A stretch of 64,000 nt of DNA from an uncultured Acidimicrobiia bacterium (GCA_963834375.1 CAWIBM010000001.1:453864-517863); one strand, 5' to 3'; positions 48,269 through 57,045 are shown, numbered from the stretch's first letter. The notes: generated by a model not told the origin, from the sequence alone. Made by a program: numbers and translations.

Positions 48269-49460
48269 ATGATGGCCGAGGTGGTTTTCGACCATGTGCG
48301 AGAAGGCCTACCCGAACGGGTTCAAGGCGGTCACCGACCTCAGCCTGAAGATCGAGGAGGGCGAGTTCCTGGTGATGGTCGGGCCGTCCGGCTGCGGAAA
48401 GTCGACGACCTTGCGCATGATCGCCGGGCTCGAGGAGATCACGGCCGGGGAGCTCTCGCATCGGCGGGCGGGTGGTGAACGACATGCCTCCGAAGGACCG
48501 GGACATCGCCATGGTGTTCCAGAACTACGCCCTGTACCCGCACATGTCGGTGGCGGATAACATCGGGTTCGCCCTGAAGCTGGCGAAGACCCCGAAGGCC
48601 GAGATCAAGAAGAAGGTCGACGCCGCCGCCCGGATGCTGGAGCTCCACGAGATCCTCGACCGCAAGCCGGCGCAGCTCTCCGGCGGCCAGCGACAGCGCG
48701 TGGCCATGGGGCGCGCCATCGTGCGCGAACCCCAGGTGTTCCTGCTCGACGAGCCGTTGTCGAACCTCGACGCCAAGCTGCGGGTGCAGATGCGCGCCCA
48801 GATCACCGATCTGCAGCGGAACGTCGGCGTCACCACGTTCTACGTGACCCACGACCAGGTGGAGGCAATGACGATGGCCGACCGGGTCGCCGTCATCAAC
48901 AACGGTGTGCTCCAGCAGGTCGAACCACCCCAGGTGCTGTTCGACGAGCCGGACAACCTGTTCGTCGCCGCCTTCATCGGTTCCCCGTCGATGAACCTCT
49001 CCGAGGCGACGATCACCGAGGAGAACAGCCATGCCACCATCCGCCTCGGGTCGCAGACGCTGTCGCTCCCCGGCGAGGTGTTCAGCAAGCGACCGGCGCT
49101 GCGCCGCTACATCGGTCGTGACGTCACGGTCGGCATCCGCCCCGAGGACATCGAGGACGCCGTTCCCTGGTCACCGACCATCCGCACGATCAGCGGCTGC
49201 GGTCGAAGGCCACCACGGTCGAGGCGCTCGGCTTCGAGAAGATCGTGTACTTCGACATCGACGCCAAGCCGGTGTTCTCCGCCGATGCCCTCGACATGGA
49301 GGAGGGCGCCGAGGAGGTGATGGCGGCGCAGCACACGCGGATGGCCGCACGGTTCGACGCCAACAGCGGCATGCAGGTGGGTGACGAGGTGGAGGCGGCC
49401 GTCTTCATCGGCAAGGCCCACTTCTTCGACCCGGAGACCGGCCTGGCGATCCGCGACTGA
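48269..49460 (+). pseudogene. Sugar-type ABC transporter ATP-binding protein (MalK/UgpC/MsiK-like), orphan; 3 frame changes
   Basis: A gagggagg SD precedes the ATG at 48269. [10 protein letters not shown] | [49 protein letters not shown] | [27 protein letters not shown]...[15 protein letters not shown]...[14 protein letters not shown] | ...IVYFDIDAK...FFDPETGLAIRD. Shifts near 48295, 48465 and 49165. Confidence 0.85.
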
Positions 49461-49483
49461 GGGCGGCCACCCGGCCTCCGGCT

Positions 49484-51079
49484 TCAGCGGCCGAGGATCA
49501 GCGCCGTCTCTGCCGGGACGGTGACCGTGTCGCCCGGCTCCACCCTGCGGCCGGGCCGGCTCGAGAACATCACGGACCATCTCCCCTCGGGGAGGGCCAG
49601 GTCGGCGTCGTGCTCATCGAGGTTGCAGACGACCACCAACGACCCGCGGCGGACTGCCATCAGGAGCCCGCTGTCCGGGTCGAGCCACTGCGCCGGGGCG
49701 TCGACCAGCTCACGGTGAGTGCGGCGGTGCAGCCCGAGCAGGCTGCGGTAGGCCTCGAGCCACGAACCGGCGACGCCCTGTTGCCCGGCGACGGTGTCCT
49801 CCAGGGGCCGGGGTGCGGCGGGCAGCCAGACGGCGGCGGCGCCGCTGAACCCGTTGTTGGCGGAGCCGTCCCACGCCATCGGGGTGCGGGCGCCGTCCCG
49901 GCCGCTGGTGGCGCCCGGGTTGCGCGTGGAGATCGGGTCGGCCAACGCCCCGGCCGCCACGATCCCGTTCTCGCCGGCCAGCTCCTGGCCCTGGTAGAGG
50001 AAGGGCATGCCGCCCAGGCCCATGAGCAGCGTCGTCATCGCCAACGCCCTCCGCCGCCCCGTCTCGCCGCCGCCGTAACGGGTGGCGGCACGGTGGCCGT
50101 CGTGGTTCTCGATGGTCCAGGCAACGGACTCCGGGGAGGCGAGGTGGACGCCGCGCAGGGCGTCGCGGAAGCCGCAGCGGCTCCCACCCCATCGACACCG
50201 GGTCGAGGAAGAACGTGTAGTGCAGCGCCCGCCCTCCGTCGTGGTACCGGGCGAGCCGCACCGGGTCGGACACCGGGGTCTCACCGAGGAGGATCGCCCC
50301 GTACGGATCGACCACCCGCCGCCACCTCCGGAAGATGGCCACGGTCGGGTTCTGGTCGAAGTCGTAGCGGTGCTCGAAGGAGGCGTGGGCGGCGACCGGG
50401 ATCCATACCCGGCTCGAGCGGGGCCAGCTGCGGGTTGTCGCGATACCACGGGTCCTTCACGAGGGCGGCGGCGACGTCGATCCGGAACCCGTCGACGCCC
50501 CGCTCGCACCAGAACCGGAGGATGGCGTCGAACTCGTCGGCGACGGCCGGGTTGGCCCAGTTGAGGTCGGGCTGCTCCGGCAGGAACATGTGCAGGTAGT
50601 ACTGGCCGGAGGCCTCGTCGAGGGTCCACGCCGGGCCCCCGAAGTACTGGATCCAGTTGTTGGGTGGTCCCCCGTCCTTTCCCGGATCGAGCCAGTGGTA
50701 GTAGTCGCGGTAGCGGGCCGGTCGGGTCGGACACCGCCGCCCGGAACCACGGGTGGGCCGACGAGCTGTGGTTGGGGACGATGTCGATCATCACCCGCAG
50801 GCCGAGTCGGTGCGCCTCGGCCACCAGGTCGTCGAAGTCGGCCAGCGTGCCGTGGATCGGGTCGACGTCGCAGTAGTCGGCGACGTCGTAGCCGTGGTCG
50901 AAGCCGGGCGACGGGTAGAACGGGGTGATCCACACCAGGTCGATGCCGAGGTCGACGAGATGCCGGAGGCGGGAGCGGATCCCGGCCAGGTCACCGATCC
51001 CGTCGCCGTTGGCGTCGGCGAAGGACCGCACGTAGACCTGGTAGCCGACCGCACCTCGCCACCAGGGGGTGTCCGCCAT
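49484..51079 (-). pseudogene. GH13 alpha-glucosidase / oligo-1,6-glucosidase-like enzyme; at least 4 frame changes
   Basis: ATG at 51079 gives MADTPWWRGAVGYQVYVRSFADANGDGIGDLAGI...DLVWITPFYPSPGFDHGYDVADY...RVMIDIVPNHSS. The middle is readable only in other frames (YYLHMFLPEQPDLNWANPAVADEF...GVDGFRIDVAAAL; RRVVDPYGAILLGET). The intact tail reads WTIENHDGHRAATRYGG...PFLYQGQELAGEN. Confidence 0.8.
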
Positions 51080-51208
51080 CACACCGCCTTGCGGTAGTGG
51101 CGGACCCGAGCGAGGTCCTCGGTCTCGATGATCGTGGTCGTGATCGGCCTCCGGGCGGGCCCGGCGCAGGCTAGGGCGGCGGGATCGGGGCCGGCGACGG
51201 GTCACCGG

Positions 51209-51442
51209 TCACCCGCCGACCGCCCACCAGGTCAGGCAGGCGAACACCAGCGCCGCCACCGCCGTCGCCAGTGCCAGGCCGTTGATCGAGGGCCCGGGTG
51301 TTGCGGCCGGCGGAGACGGTGGAGCTTCGGGCAGGTCGAACGGCTCGACCACGATCGTCAACTCGAGCGGAGGTGACTCGAAGCTCTCCGAAGGCAATGG
51401 ACCCTCCCGGATTGCAGCGTGGAAGGCGATGATATCGGCCAC
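51209..51442 (-). CDS. Possible small C-terminally anchored membrane protein, divergent from the WXG100 genes
   Basis: The last 77 codons of track ORF 51209..51646, from the in-frame GTG at 51442: VADIIAFHAAIREGPLPSESFESPPLELTIVVEPFDLPEAPPSPPAATPGPSINGLALATAVAALVFACLTWWAVGG. Weak gagg SD and no family signal. Confidence 0.25.
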   Translation of the reverse strand: MADIIAFHAAIREGPLPSESFESPPLELTIVVEPFDLPEAPPSPPAATPGPSINGLALATAVAALVFACLTWWAVGG

Positions 51443-51454
51443 GGAGCCTCGATG

Positions 51455-51540
51455 GAAGTTCTTCAACAATGTAAAACAACGTAATATCTTACGCACGATG
51501 CACCGCCGTCGTGGCGGTCGGGAAGGGAACGGAGAAACGA
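51455..51540 (+). promoter_or_regulatory. AT-rich promoter/5' leader of the WXG100 operon
   Basis: This is the lowest-GC stretch I can see in the window: gaagttcttcaacaatgtaaaacaacgtaatatcttacgcacgatg. It has a TAnnnT-type -10 candidate taatat at 51482-51487 and an SD ggaga at 51531-51535, 5 nt before the ATG at 51541. Confidence 0.4.
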
Positions 51541-51816
51541 ATGGCGGGCACCCAACAGGTGGATTCCCAGTCGCTGCGCGACACCGGAGGCGCCTTCGCC
51601 GCCGCCTCGGGCGATGTCGAGGCGCTGATCGCCACCGTGGCCGCATCGGTCGGGGCGCTGGTGTGGACCGGTGGCATCGCCGAGCAGTTCCGGGACGACT
51701 TCACCGGGCGCTACAAGCCGATGCTCGAGCAACTCGGGGCGGACATGGACGCCACCAGCAAGGCGATGTTCGAGAAGGCCGACCAGTACGACGTCGTGTT
51801 CCACGGCTCGGCCTGA
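51541..51816 (+). CDS. WXG100-family (ESAT-6-like) type VII secretion substrate
   Basis: 91 aa from the ATG at 51541, with a good SD. Helical-hairpin size, with a central W-x-G turn: ...VAASVGALVWTGGIAEQFRDDF.... Sits directly upstream of an FtsK/SpoIIIE ATPase. Confidence 0.75.
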   Translation: MAGTQQVDSQSLRDTGGAFAAASGDVEALIATVAASVGALVWTGGIAEQFRDDFTGRYKPMLEQLGADMDATSKAMFEKADQYDVVFHGSA

Positions 51817-51838
51817 CCGACCGAGACTGCCCGGGCGG

Positions 51839-52180
51839 ATGAGCAGCGCAGAGGACAAGGAGGCGACCGCCGCCGGGCTGCGGCGGTGTGCCGCCGACCT
51901 CGAAGCCGTCTTCGACGGTCTGGTCACCCGGTCGATGTCGGCGTGGAGCTGCCCCGCCGCCACCGCGTTCGAGACGGACCTTCGGGACCACATCACCGCG
52001 CTCCAGACGGTCGCCGCCGATCTCCGGGCGAACGCCACCCGGCTCGAGGCGGCGGCCGACGCCCAGCGGGCCGCCGCCGAGGAGGCGATCGTCGGGGTCG
52101 ACCCGGGGGAGCCCGCGCCGATCGACGGCTGGTCCCCTTCACCGGGACCGACGCCGGCGCCGGTGGGCGGCCCCGTCTGA
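51839..52180 (+). CDS. WXG100-like partner protein (degenerate turn, Pro-rich tail)
   Basis: 113 aa from the ATG at 51839. Predicted helix-turn-helix size with W at the turn (TRSMSAWSCPAATAFETDL). C-terminal tail GVDPGEPAPIDGWSPSPGPTPAPVGGPV. Lies 22 nt after the first WXG100 gene and 18 nt before the ATPase. Confidence 0.5.
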   Translation: MSSAEDKEATAAGLRRCAADLEAVFDGLVTRSMSAWSCPAATAFETDLRDHITALQTVAADLRANATRLEAAADAQRAAAEEAIVGVDPGEPAPIDGWSPSPGPTPAPVGGPV

Positions 52181-52198
52181 CGGCTGCACTCACCCGGC

Positions 52199-55100
52199 AT
52201 GGTCCCCGTGGTCGTCGTCACCGACGAAGGACCGTTGGATTGCGAGATCGACGCCGACGACGACGCCACCGTCGGCGCCCTGCTCACCGCCCTCGGCCTG
52301 ACCGGCCCGATCTTCGTGGACGGGAGGCCGCTGGCTCCCGAGCTGACCCTCGCCGACGTCCTGACGGCCGGAGCCGTGCTCGCCACCGGCGCCGCCACGC
52401 CCGGGGATCAGCCGTCGCCGGGCCCGGGCGACGCCGAGCGCGAAGAGCACGACCGCTTCCGACTGGTGATCCTCGCCGGGAGGGGAGCAGGCATGGCGGT
52501 CGGGCTGGCCGAGGGTCGCCAGGTGGTCGGCTCCGGGGCGGGGTCAACGGTCACGCTGCGGGCCGGCGGCGTCGCCGATCGTCACGCCGTCCTCGATGTG
52601 ACCTCTGCCTCGGTCCACCTGGTGTCCAGGCGCGGGGCCAGGGCGCTCGACGGGGACACCGTGCTCGCCATCGGGGAGACCCTGGCCTGTGTCGTGCCGG
52701 TCCCCGACGCCACCCGCTCGCCGGTCCCGGGCTGCGGGCCGGCCATCGTGCACAATCGTCGGCGTCGACCGGCCCCGCCCGCTCCCTTACCGAGGGTGGT
52801 GCTCCCCGACCCTCCACCCGCCGAGCCCGCACCACGCCCGATGGGATGGGCGGCCTTGGCGATACCGGTGATCTTCGGCCTGGTGATGGCGGTCCTGGTC
52901 GACCCGAGGATGGCGCTGTTCGCACTGCTCGGCCCACTCGTCATGGCCGGGGGCCGGGTCGACGATCTCCGGCTGCGGCGCCGGGCCCGCCGCACCGCCA
53001 CCGCCACGAGTGCTTCCGCCGCCGCCACCCTCGCCGCCACCCTCGACCGGCGCCGCGCCGGAGAGCTCCGTCGCCGCCGCGCCGACCAACCCGGTGTGGC
53101 GGTTCTCGCCTGGTGGGTGGAACGCCGGTCGCCGCGGGTGTGGGAGCGGCGTCGCGGCGACGCCGACTTCCTCAGGCTCACCATCGGCTACGGGGACCTG
53201 CCGTGGTCCCCCGATCTCGCCGGCGATCCGGACAACGCGGCGGCCCCGTGGCCGCCGTCCTCGCCGGCCACCTCATGCCGGCCACTCCGCTCACCCTCGA
53301 CCTGGGCGGGCGGGTGCTCGGGCTCGTCGGTGACCGGGTCAACGCCCTCGAGCTGGGGCGCGGGCTGCTGTGCTCGGCCGCCGTGCTGCACGGCCCCTCC
53401 GACCTGGCGGTGGCGGTGGTGACCGACCGGCCCGCCGACTGGGACTGGGTGAAGTGGTTGCCGCACGTCATGGTGGCGCCGACCGACCGGCGCCGCCTGC
53501 TCGCCGGCGACGCCATCGAGACGGTGGCGGTGCTCGACTGGATCGCCACTCGCCCTGGCGCCGGACAGCAAAGGCCGGTCGTGCTGGTCGTGGTCGACCG
53601 CGGCCCGCTGACCGATCCTCTCGGGCCTGGCGGTGCGTCGGGTGCTCGGCGGCGCCACGGGCGACGTGGCCGGCATCGTCCTGGCGGACGGGGAGGACGA
53701 TCTCCCCGCCGAGTGCACCGACCTGGTCGACTGCGGGCACCGCCGCGCCCGGCTCGAGCACCGGGGAGGGATCGATGGAGCTCGCCCCCGCCGGGGCGGT
53801 GGCCTCGGTCGCCGTCACCCTGGCCAGGGGCCTCGCCAGGTACCGCGATCCCGACCAGGTCGATCCCGGTGCCGGGCTGCCCCGGGCGGTCAGGCTGCTC
53901 GAGGCCGCCGGCTCGGCCGGCCCGTCCTCCGAGGAGCTGATCGGGCGCTGGTCGGACGGGGGCGCGGGCCTCGATGCGGTGCTGGGGGTGACCGCCACCG
54001 GACCGATGCGCATCGACCTCGCCGCCGCCGGGCCCCACGCCCTGGTCGCCGGGACCACCGGGTCGGGCAAGAGCGAGCTGCTGCGCACGCTGGTCGCCTC
54101 GCTGGCCCTGGCCCACGACCCGGAGCACGTCAACTTCGTCCTCGTCGACTACAAGGGCGGGAGTGCCTTCGACGCCGCCGTGCGCCTGCCCCACACGGTC
54201 GGCCTGGTCACCGACCTCGACGGCGGCCTGGCCGATCGGGCGCTGCGGTGCCTCGAAGCCGAGCTCCGCCACCGGGAGCGGGAACTGCGCACCCTCGGTG
54301 CACCCGACATCGAACGCTTCCGAACCCTCGGAGGACGGCTGCCGAGGATGTTGATCGTGGTCGACGAGCTGGCCGCCCTGGCCCGCGAGCTACCCCGATT
54401 CGTCGGTTCCCTGGTCGACATCGCAGCCAGGGGACGCAGCCTCGGCATCCACCTCGTGCTCGCCACCCAGCGGCCGGCCGGGGTGGTGAGCGATGCCATC
54501 CGGGCCAACACCGACATCCGCGTCGCCCTCAGGGTCACCGACCGCGCCGACTCCACCGACGTGCTGGGTGACCCGGCGGCGGCAGCGATCGGCCGCGACC
54601 TGCCCGGCCGCGGGCTGGTCCGCCTCGGCCCCGGCGACCTGGTCCCCTTCCAGGCGGCGACGGTATCCGCCGGTCCGGCCACCGCCGGCACGGTGACCGT
54701 CCGGCCCTTCCGGTTCGGCCACGATCCGGGGGATGGGCCGCATCCCGTCCGGTCCGCTGCCGAAAGGCCCGAGCCGACCGACCTGGAACGGCTGAGCGCG
54801 GCGGCGGTCGAGGCGGCGGCCCGGCTCCGCCTACCGTCCCCGCGCCGGCCGTGGCCGGAGCCGCTCCCCGGTCGCCTCAGCACCGACGACCTGTCGCCGG
54901 CGGTATCCGGTGACGGTGTTCCGGTGGGCCTGGCCGACGAGCCGGATCGGCAGCGCACCGTCCCGTTCACGTGGTCGCCGGCGGAGGGCAACCTCGGGCT
55001 GTACGGCGCGCCGGGGTCCGGCCTCACCACCGCCCTGGAGACGGTGGTCCTCGGACTGGTCGCCGGCCACGCCACCGATCCGGTCGACATCTACGTCGTG

Positions 55101-56305
55101 GACGCCCCCGGCGACCTGGGCCGGCTCTCCCGGCTGGCGGCGGTGGGAGCCGTGGTGTCACCCGGCGAGGTCGACCGGATGGCCCGCCTGGTCAGGATGC
55201 TGCTGGCCGGGATCGACCGAGCGGCGCGCCCCAGGTGGTCGCCGGCACACCGACACGGTGACGGTGCTGGTGGTGGACGGCCTCGAGGCGGTGTTGCGCT
55301 CCCTCGACACCGCCGACTCCGCGGCGGCACGCGACGGGCTCCTGCGGGTGATCGCCGAGGGCGTCGGCGGGGGATCTGGTCACGGTGTTCGCCACCTCCC
55401 GGCCCGGGGGCCTGCCTGCCCTGGTGGAGGCGGCGGTGGCCCACCGGCTCGTGCTCCGCCAATCGGACCCGCTCGGGGCGGCGGTGCTCGGGGTGCGCGG
55501 CGTCGACGACCTCGTCCCCGGTCGGGCGATCCACGCCGGCACCAACCGACACGTCCAGATCGCCGTGCCCGGCGCCGGGCTGGCCCACGCCGCCGAGACG
55601 ATCGAAGTCGGTGCCCGGGCACCGGCCGCGGTGGGTGTCCTCCCCGAAGACGTGGGCTCGGTGGAGGTCGAACACCTGGTCGACGTGAAGACGGATCGCT
55701 GGGCGCTCCCCGTCGGCATCGGCGACGCATCCTTGTCCCCGGTTGGCGTGTCGCTTCATCCCGGTGACCACGTCCTCGTCGTTGGCGGGCCCGGAACCGG
55801 AAAGACCAGTCTCCTCGCCGCTTTCGCCGGGGTCGTCCACCGCCGGGAGACGCCAGGTGACGCGAGCAGGGTGCGGGTGCTGGCCACCGGCGATGCCCTC
55901 GCCGGGCTGGTGCCCGAGGACGTCGAGCCGGTCGCCGGCGCCGACCTCGCCGACCTGGTCGCCGAGCTCACCGCCTCAGACGAAGCAGCGCTCCTGCTCG
56001 TCGACGACGCCGATGCCACCGCGCCGCCGGGCCTCGGCGAGGTCATCGAGGCGCTGCTGGCAGCCCGCCGGCCGCGCCTGCACCTCGTGGTGACGGCCCG
56101 CCCCGCGGTCAAGGCGCTCCACGGTCATTGGGCCAGGGGGCTCACCGCATCCCGGACCGGGATCTGGCTCGGCCCGTCAGTCGGTGTCGACGCCGACCTG
56201 TGGCACACGCCGATGCCGAGGCGGTTCCCCGCCCGCCTCCCGCCGGGTCGTGGGTTGCTCGTCGCCAACGGTGGCAGCGAGCTCGTCCAGGTGATGCGGC
56301 TGTGA
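52199..56305 (+). pseudogene. EccC/EssC-like FtsK/SpoIIIE type VII secretion ATPase (about 1,370 aa) with N-terminal beta-grasp-like and FHA-like segments; 5 frame changes as assembled
   Basis: Frame path: 52199-~53245, ~53245-~53620, ~53620-~53770, ~53770-~55215, ~55215-~55375, ~55375-56305. Two TM helices: MGWAALAIPVIFGLVMAVLV and ALFALLGPLVMAGG. Four P-loop-like modules: GLVGDRVNALE (degenerate), GTTGSGKSELL + LIVVDELAAL + HLVLATQRP, GAPGSGLTTAL + VLVVDGLEAV, and GGPGTGKTSLL + LLLVDDADA. Confidence 0.8.
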
Positions 56306-56310
56306 CACAC

Positions 56311-56441
56311 CCGCCGAGCAGGGCTCGGCTCCTCCCGCAGATGGGGCCCCTACCCCATCGCGGGCCGTGAAGTTCCCCGCCGAGCAGGGCTCGGCTCTTC
56401 CCGCAGATGGGGCCCCTACCCATCGCGGGCCGTGAAAGAGG
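56311..56441. repeat. Copies C1 and C2 (tandem, 66-nt period) of the dispersed palindromic element
   Basis: Unit: ccgccgagcagggctcggctc(c/t)tcccgcagatggggcccctacc(c)catcgcgggccgtgaa. Each unit has two hairpins: gccgagc-agg-gctcggc and cccgcagatgggg-cccta-ccccatcgcggg (56334-56364 and 56400-56429). C2 lacks one c in the right arm. The element starts 6 nt after the ATPase stop. Confidence 0.9.
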
Positions 56442-56968
56442 CTGTACGCTCCGGCGGCGTGGACGGCATCGACGCCAACGGCTACCGGCGAATCCTCGGC
56501 CTGCGGGCGGTTCGCGACTTCGCCGCCGAGCCGCTCGACCCGACCCACCTGGAGATGATCCTCGAGGCAGCCCGGTGGACAGGGTCGGCCAAGAACCGGC
56601 AGGATTGGTCGTTCGTGGTCCTCGACGATCCGGATGCGAAGCGGGCAGTGGCCGCCGCCGGCGACTTCACCGGTCCGATGCTGGCGGCACCCGTGGCGAT
56701 CGCCATCGTCCAGGAGCCCGGCGGCTACGAGTTCGACAGCGGCCGGCTCGCGCAGAACATCATGCTCGCCGCCGATGCGGTGGGGGTGGCGTCCTGCCCG
56801 GTCACGCTGCACCGCGACGGTGAGGCCGCCTCCGCTCTCGGACTGCCATCCGACCGCAGATGCCGGTATGCGATCGCCCTCGGCTACCCGGGCGACCGGG
56901 CACGTGGCTCGCTCGGCGGCGGTCGCAAGCCGCTGTCCGATCTGGTCCGCCGGAACCGGTACCGCTGA
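56432..56968 (+). CDS. Nitroreductase family protein
   Basis: 178-aa ORF: LRAVRDFAAEPLDPTHLEMILEAARWTGSAKNRQDWSFVVL...GRLAQNIMLAADAVGVASCP...RYAIALGYP. The GTG at 56432 lies inside repeat unit C2, so the start could instead be the in-frame GTG at 56459. Confidence 0.8.
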   Translation: MKEAVRSGGVDGIDANGYRRILGLRAVRDFAAEPLDPTHLEMILEAARWTGSAKNRQDWSFVVLDDPDAKRAVAAAGDFTGPMLAAPVAIAIVQEPGGYEFDSGRLAQNIMLAADAVGVASCPVTLHRDGEAASALGLPSDRRCRYAIALGYPGDRARGSLGGGRKPLSDLVRRNRYR

Positions 56969-56974
56969 CTGACC

Positions 56975-57045
56975 GGTCGTGTGTTTGCCGGGACCGGCTC
57001 CTGTGACAGCGAGTTGGCGCCCGACTGGATTCTCACCGGCCTCTT
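56975..57045. repeat. Possible degenerate partial copy of the dispersed element
   Basis: gtcgtgtgtttgccgggaccggctcctgtgacagcgagttggcgcccgactgg resembles both the right end (ggccgtgtgtttgcg) and the left end (tcctgtgatatgcccgggccgactccgg) of copy B. The alignment was done by eye only. Confidence 0.3.

Noticed and set aside
51209-51646. The full 145-aa minus-strand ORF overlapping the AT-rich promoter and the WXG100 start.
   Set aside because: The N-terminal half is Arg-rich nonsense and overlaps the WXG100 RBS and start. Only the last 77 codons (51209-51442) are retained, as a low-confidence gene.
52199-56305. An alternative reading of the FtsK/SpoIIIE gene as a conjugative DNA translocase (TraB-like) of an actinomycete ICE, given the excisionase-like gene at 63739.
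   Set aside because: The multiple tandem P-loop modules, the two immediately preceding WXG100-size genes and the absence of integrase, replication or Nudix/spread genes all favour a T7SS ATPase. The HTH gene is 7 kb away, behind housekeeping genes. This remains testable by phylogeny.
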